Assembly: GCA_963693365.1 (NCBI GenBank)
Contig: CAVNZM010000002.1
Location: forward strand, 16,463,615-16,527,614
Length of the DNA stretch: 64,000 nucleotides
Direction: 5' to 3'
Source of the DNA: Amoebidium appalachense
Taxonomy: Eukaryota > Protista > Ichthyosporea
The position numbers were made by a program, and so were the translations under genes. Positions 49,851 to 64,000 of the stretch are shown piece by piece; the first letter of the stretch is position 1, and each line of letters opens with the position of its first letter. The notes below the pieces were generated by a model. It had not been told where the DNA came from, did no database searches, and was given only the letters and a program-made list of their open reading frames with translations.

Positions 49851-50048
49851 AGTATACCTAGTTAGGTAGAAGCAAGCGCTAGCCTGTGAGGTGTAATATA
49901 GTGTTACTTTTTTTTTATGACGTACGCGCTCAGTTGTGGTCTCTTTTGGCGCAGTTGGCAACCACCTAGCTTAGGGTCTACCACCTACTGAGGCGGTGTC
50001 TTCTTTCTTTTTTTTTTTCTTTTTTTTTTTTTTTTTACTTAAAAGGAA

Positions 50049-50114
50049 CTGAGTAGATGTATAACGCCTGAGTAGATGTATAACGTCGCACGTGCGGCAA
50101 CACGTCAGTACGTG
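50049..50114 (+). promoter_or_regulatory. Candidate E-box cluster upstream of the bHLH-PAS gene
   Basis: 18-bp tandem duplication CTGAGTAGATGTATAACG x2, then palindrome CGCACGTGCG (CACGTG at 50089-50094), CACGTC at 50101 and TACGTG at 50109, ~330 bp before the ATG. Confidence 0.35.
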
Positions 50115-50437
50115 TTAGGCTTAGGGTATAGGTTATAGCAACATCGCTCTGTTGGCCAACTTTCTTTCGAACGCGATTCACAAGCACGCGACCAAGTACT
50201 TACATAGCCATTGTATGAACGTCACCGGGCCTGGCAGGGCAACCATCTGCAGTGAGTTCGCCCCCTAAGGTAACTGATACGTCTCGTTCACCTTACCTCT
50301 CAGAACGAAGGAGCTTCTGCGGCAGTTTGGATCGTTAATGCTATGGTGCTAAGTACTAAGTTAACATTTGAAGGGGAAGATAATCTTCATGTATTTTCAC
50401 ATCTGACGAAAAACTTCTGGCAGGCGTGGTTGTCAAA

Positions 50438-62123
<11,686 letters not shown>

Positions 62124-62764
62124 GTGGAAGAAAAAAATAAAAATAAAAATAAAAATAAAAAAAAAGGGGGGGGGGGGGGGGGGAGGGGAGGGGGGAGGGG
62201 GTATATAGGGAAATATGATGGATTGTTGCTATGCATGTGAGGGTTAATGTGATTTTAGAGTGTGTGAAGTGTGCACCATCTGGTTGGGTAGAAAGCACAC
62301 ACGTGTTAGTTCGATGCAGATACACACACAGGCACACACGGGCAAACACACGGGTAGACGTTCAAATGTAGTTGTACTCGTGCATTTACCCAAGGACATA
62401 TCGGTACTGATGTATACTTTTTTTTTTTTTTGCTAGGCAGCTAATTTTGTTAGGTGTTTTTCTTTCTTTTTTATTCAGTTGGTGTGGTTGGGTTCTTGAA
62501 GCGGCGATGTATTGTAGAAACGGTATGAGTTCGAACGGCGGTCGCATGCCCATGATATTGGTTGCTCACATTTTATCTTATTTTCTTTTCTCCTCTGGTT
62601 TTTTTACGCCCAAATCGTTTTTACTAGTATGTATTTTGTATTTTCTTTAACTAATTTGTTTGATTGCTTGCTATGAGCATCTTGCTCTGTGTATCTATTT
62701 ATTTTCCCAACGATGATTCCTCTTGTTTAAATGGCGCAAAATCGTTCCCGTAACAACCTATTAG

Positions 62765-62882
62765 TCTGAGATTCCTTGTTTGTGTGGCTATGTATCTCAA
62801 TAGTGGTGTGAAAAGTAACTCCTATTATTCTGAGATTCCTTGTTTGTGTGGCTATGTATCTCAATAGTGGTGTGAAAAGTAA
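62765..62882. repeat. 54-bp direct duplication downstream of the bHLH-PAS stop
   Basis: TCTGAGATTCCTTGTTTGTGTGGCTATGTATCTCAATAGTGGTGTGAAAAGTAA at 62765 and 62829. Confidence 0.9.
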
Positions 62883-63126
62883 TTCGGTGTGTGTATATGG
62901 TTGGGTTGAGGGGTTTGTCGGTGCCTACACAATGCAAGTCACAATCCGAACATAATCTCATTTGCCCCATGGTTTATCCATGATCGTATGTACTGTCCAT
63001 AGCATTTACACCGACATATTCACAATAGGTTCTATGAAAATTGCCTGGTTCGCAACATAGCCTCGAGTCCTAGCAGATTTCTTTAATATGCATGCAATAT
63101 GGGAGACAGTGGTGTCCTGAGCATCT

Positions 63127-63823
63127 TTAAATTGACATTATAGCTGTGTTACTGGATGGTATGTAGTGCGCTGGAGACAGTTCATACCCGGTGGGTGTAT
63201 CTGAGAGAAAAGTAAATACATGGTGAGGTAGCTAAAAGTGTTTCCTTTCTTTCCCCCCCCCCCCCCCCCCCCCCCCCCCCAAAAAGCACGCAAACACCTA
63301 CTCACCACCACCCCAAAGCCAACCCACCCCACGTGCACCCACGTGCACCCACGTGCATGTGCGCTCCCCCATATCCACCACCACAAAAGGCACCCAGTCG
63401 GCCCACCCATTGGCAACTGGGCCCACCCCCCACACACGTACACAAAATTAATACGTCCACATGCACACACGCAAGCATGCACATGCGCCTGCGTGCACAC
63501 GGAACATGTAGTACTACACACGCCCAATCACATACATGTGTACACATGGGGGGGAGATCTAGCACAGCTGCACACACACAGGCTCACAGCTGCAGTGTTG
63601 CACACACTGGCAGACACATTCACACTGATCCACAAAACTTTACGTATGCCTGTGTGTGCATGCGTGCGTGCTTGTGCAACACAGGTACAGACACTGCAGA
63701 GTCTGACAGGCATACAGCTGCAGTGCATACGCGCACCAAACACACAGGTACGTATGCAAAAACGATTGCTATACGTATCACAACCAACTGCTGGGTCCCG
63801 GAGCCCACAAACAGCACACAAAG
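63127..63823 (-). other. Possible terminal exons of a convergent gene extending off the right edge
   Basis: Minus-strand acceptor TTTTCTCTCAG near 63201-63211 followed by a short frame to a stop; another AG/GT-bounded island at ~63774-63823. Frame ambiguous. Confidence 0.2.
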
Positions 63824-64000
63824 CTATGAATAAAACAACAAGTAGTGAGCATATTTACTCGTTGACTCTTGAAAATCGATTCTTAAATTACATTTGTGCT
63901 GCAAACATATCACGGCATGTGCAGGTTATTAATCGGGTGTCCCTCCTACCGAAACCAAATAATCGATGCACGATGGCAATGCATGCATGCACCCAACAGA

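Overview
Eukaryotic DNA with GT-AG introns, dominated by intronic (TG/CA)n, (GTGC)n, (GGGT)n and poly-G/C tracts. Most ORFs in the supplied track are translations of these repeats. Manual exon chaining gives five clear genes or gene parts: (1) a >=19-exon PH + REM + CDC25 RasGEF gene on the minus strand that runs off the left edge; (2) tRNA-Asp(GUC); (3) a minus-strand gene with a ~515-aa disordered first exon followed by small exons with OB-fold/POT1-like motifs; (4) an intronless syntenin-like tandem-PDZ gene; (5) a complete 13-exon ARNT/BMAL-like bHLH-PAS-PAS gene (~1089 aa) with a long Gly/Met/Gln/Asn-rich tail. The main structural surprise is a 7,045-bp segment (32378-39422) bounded by perfect 40-bp inverted repeats and a perfect 9-bp direct repeat, enclosing an unknown spliced gene and no recognisable transposase (Pack-MULE-like). 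Also present are two foldback elements, a probable decayed Crypton remnant, and introns whose 5' UG repeats are complementary to CA repeats abutting the 3' splice site. The gene content suggests an opisthokont, probably a unicellular holozoan (inference only). All protein identities come from motif recognition, not database searches. Homopolymer indels suggest an imperfectly polished long-read assembly.
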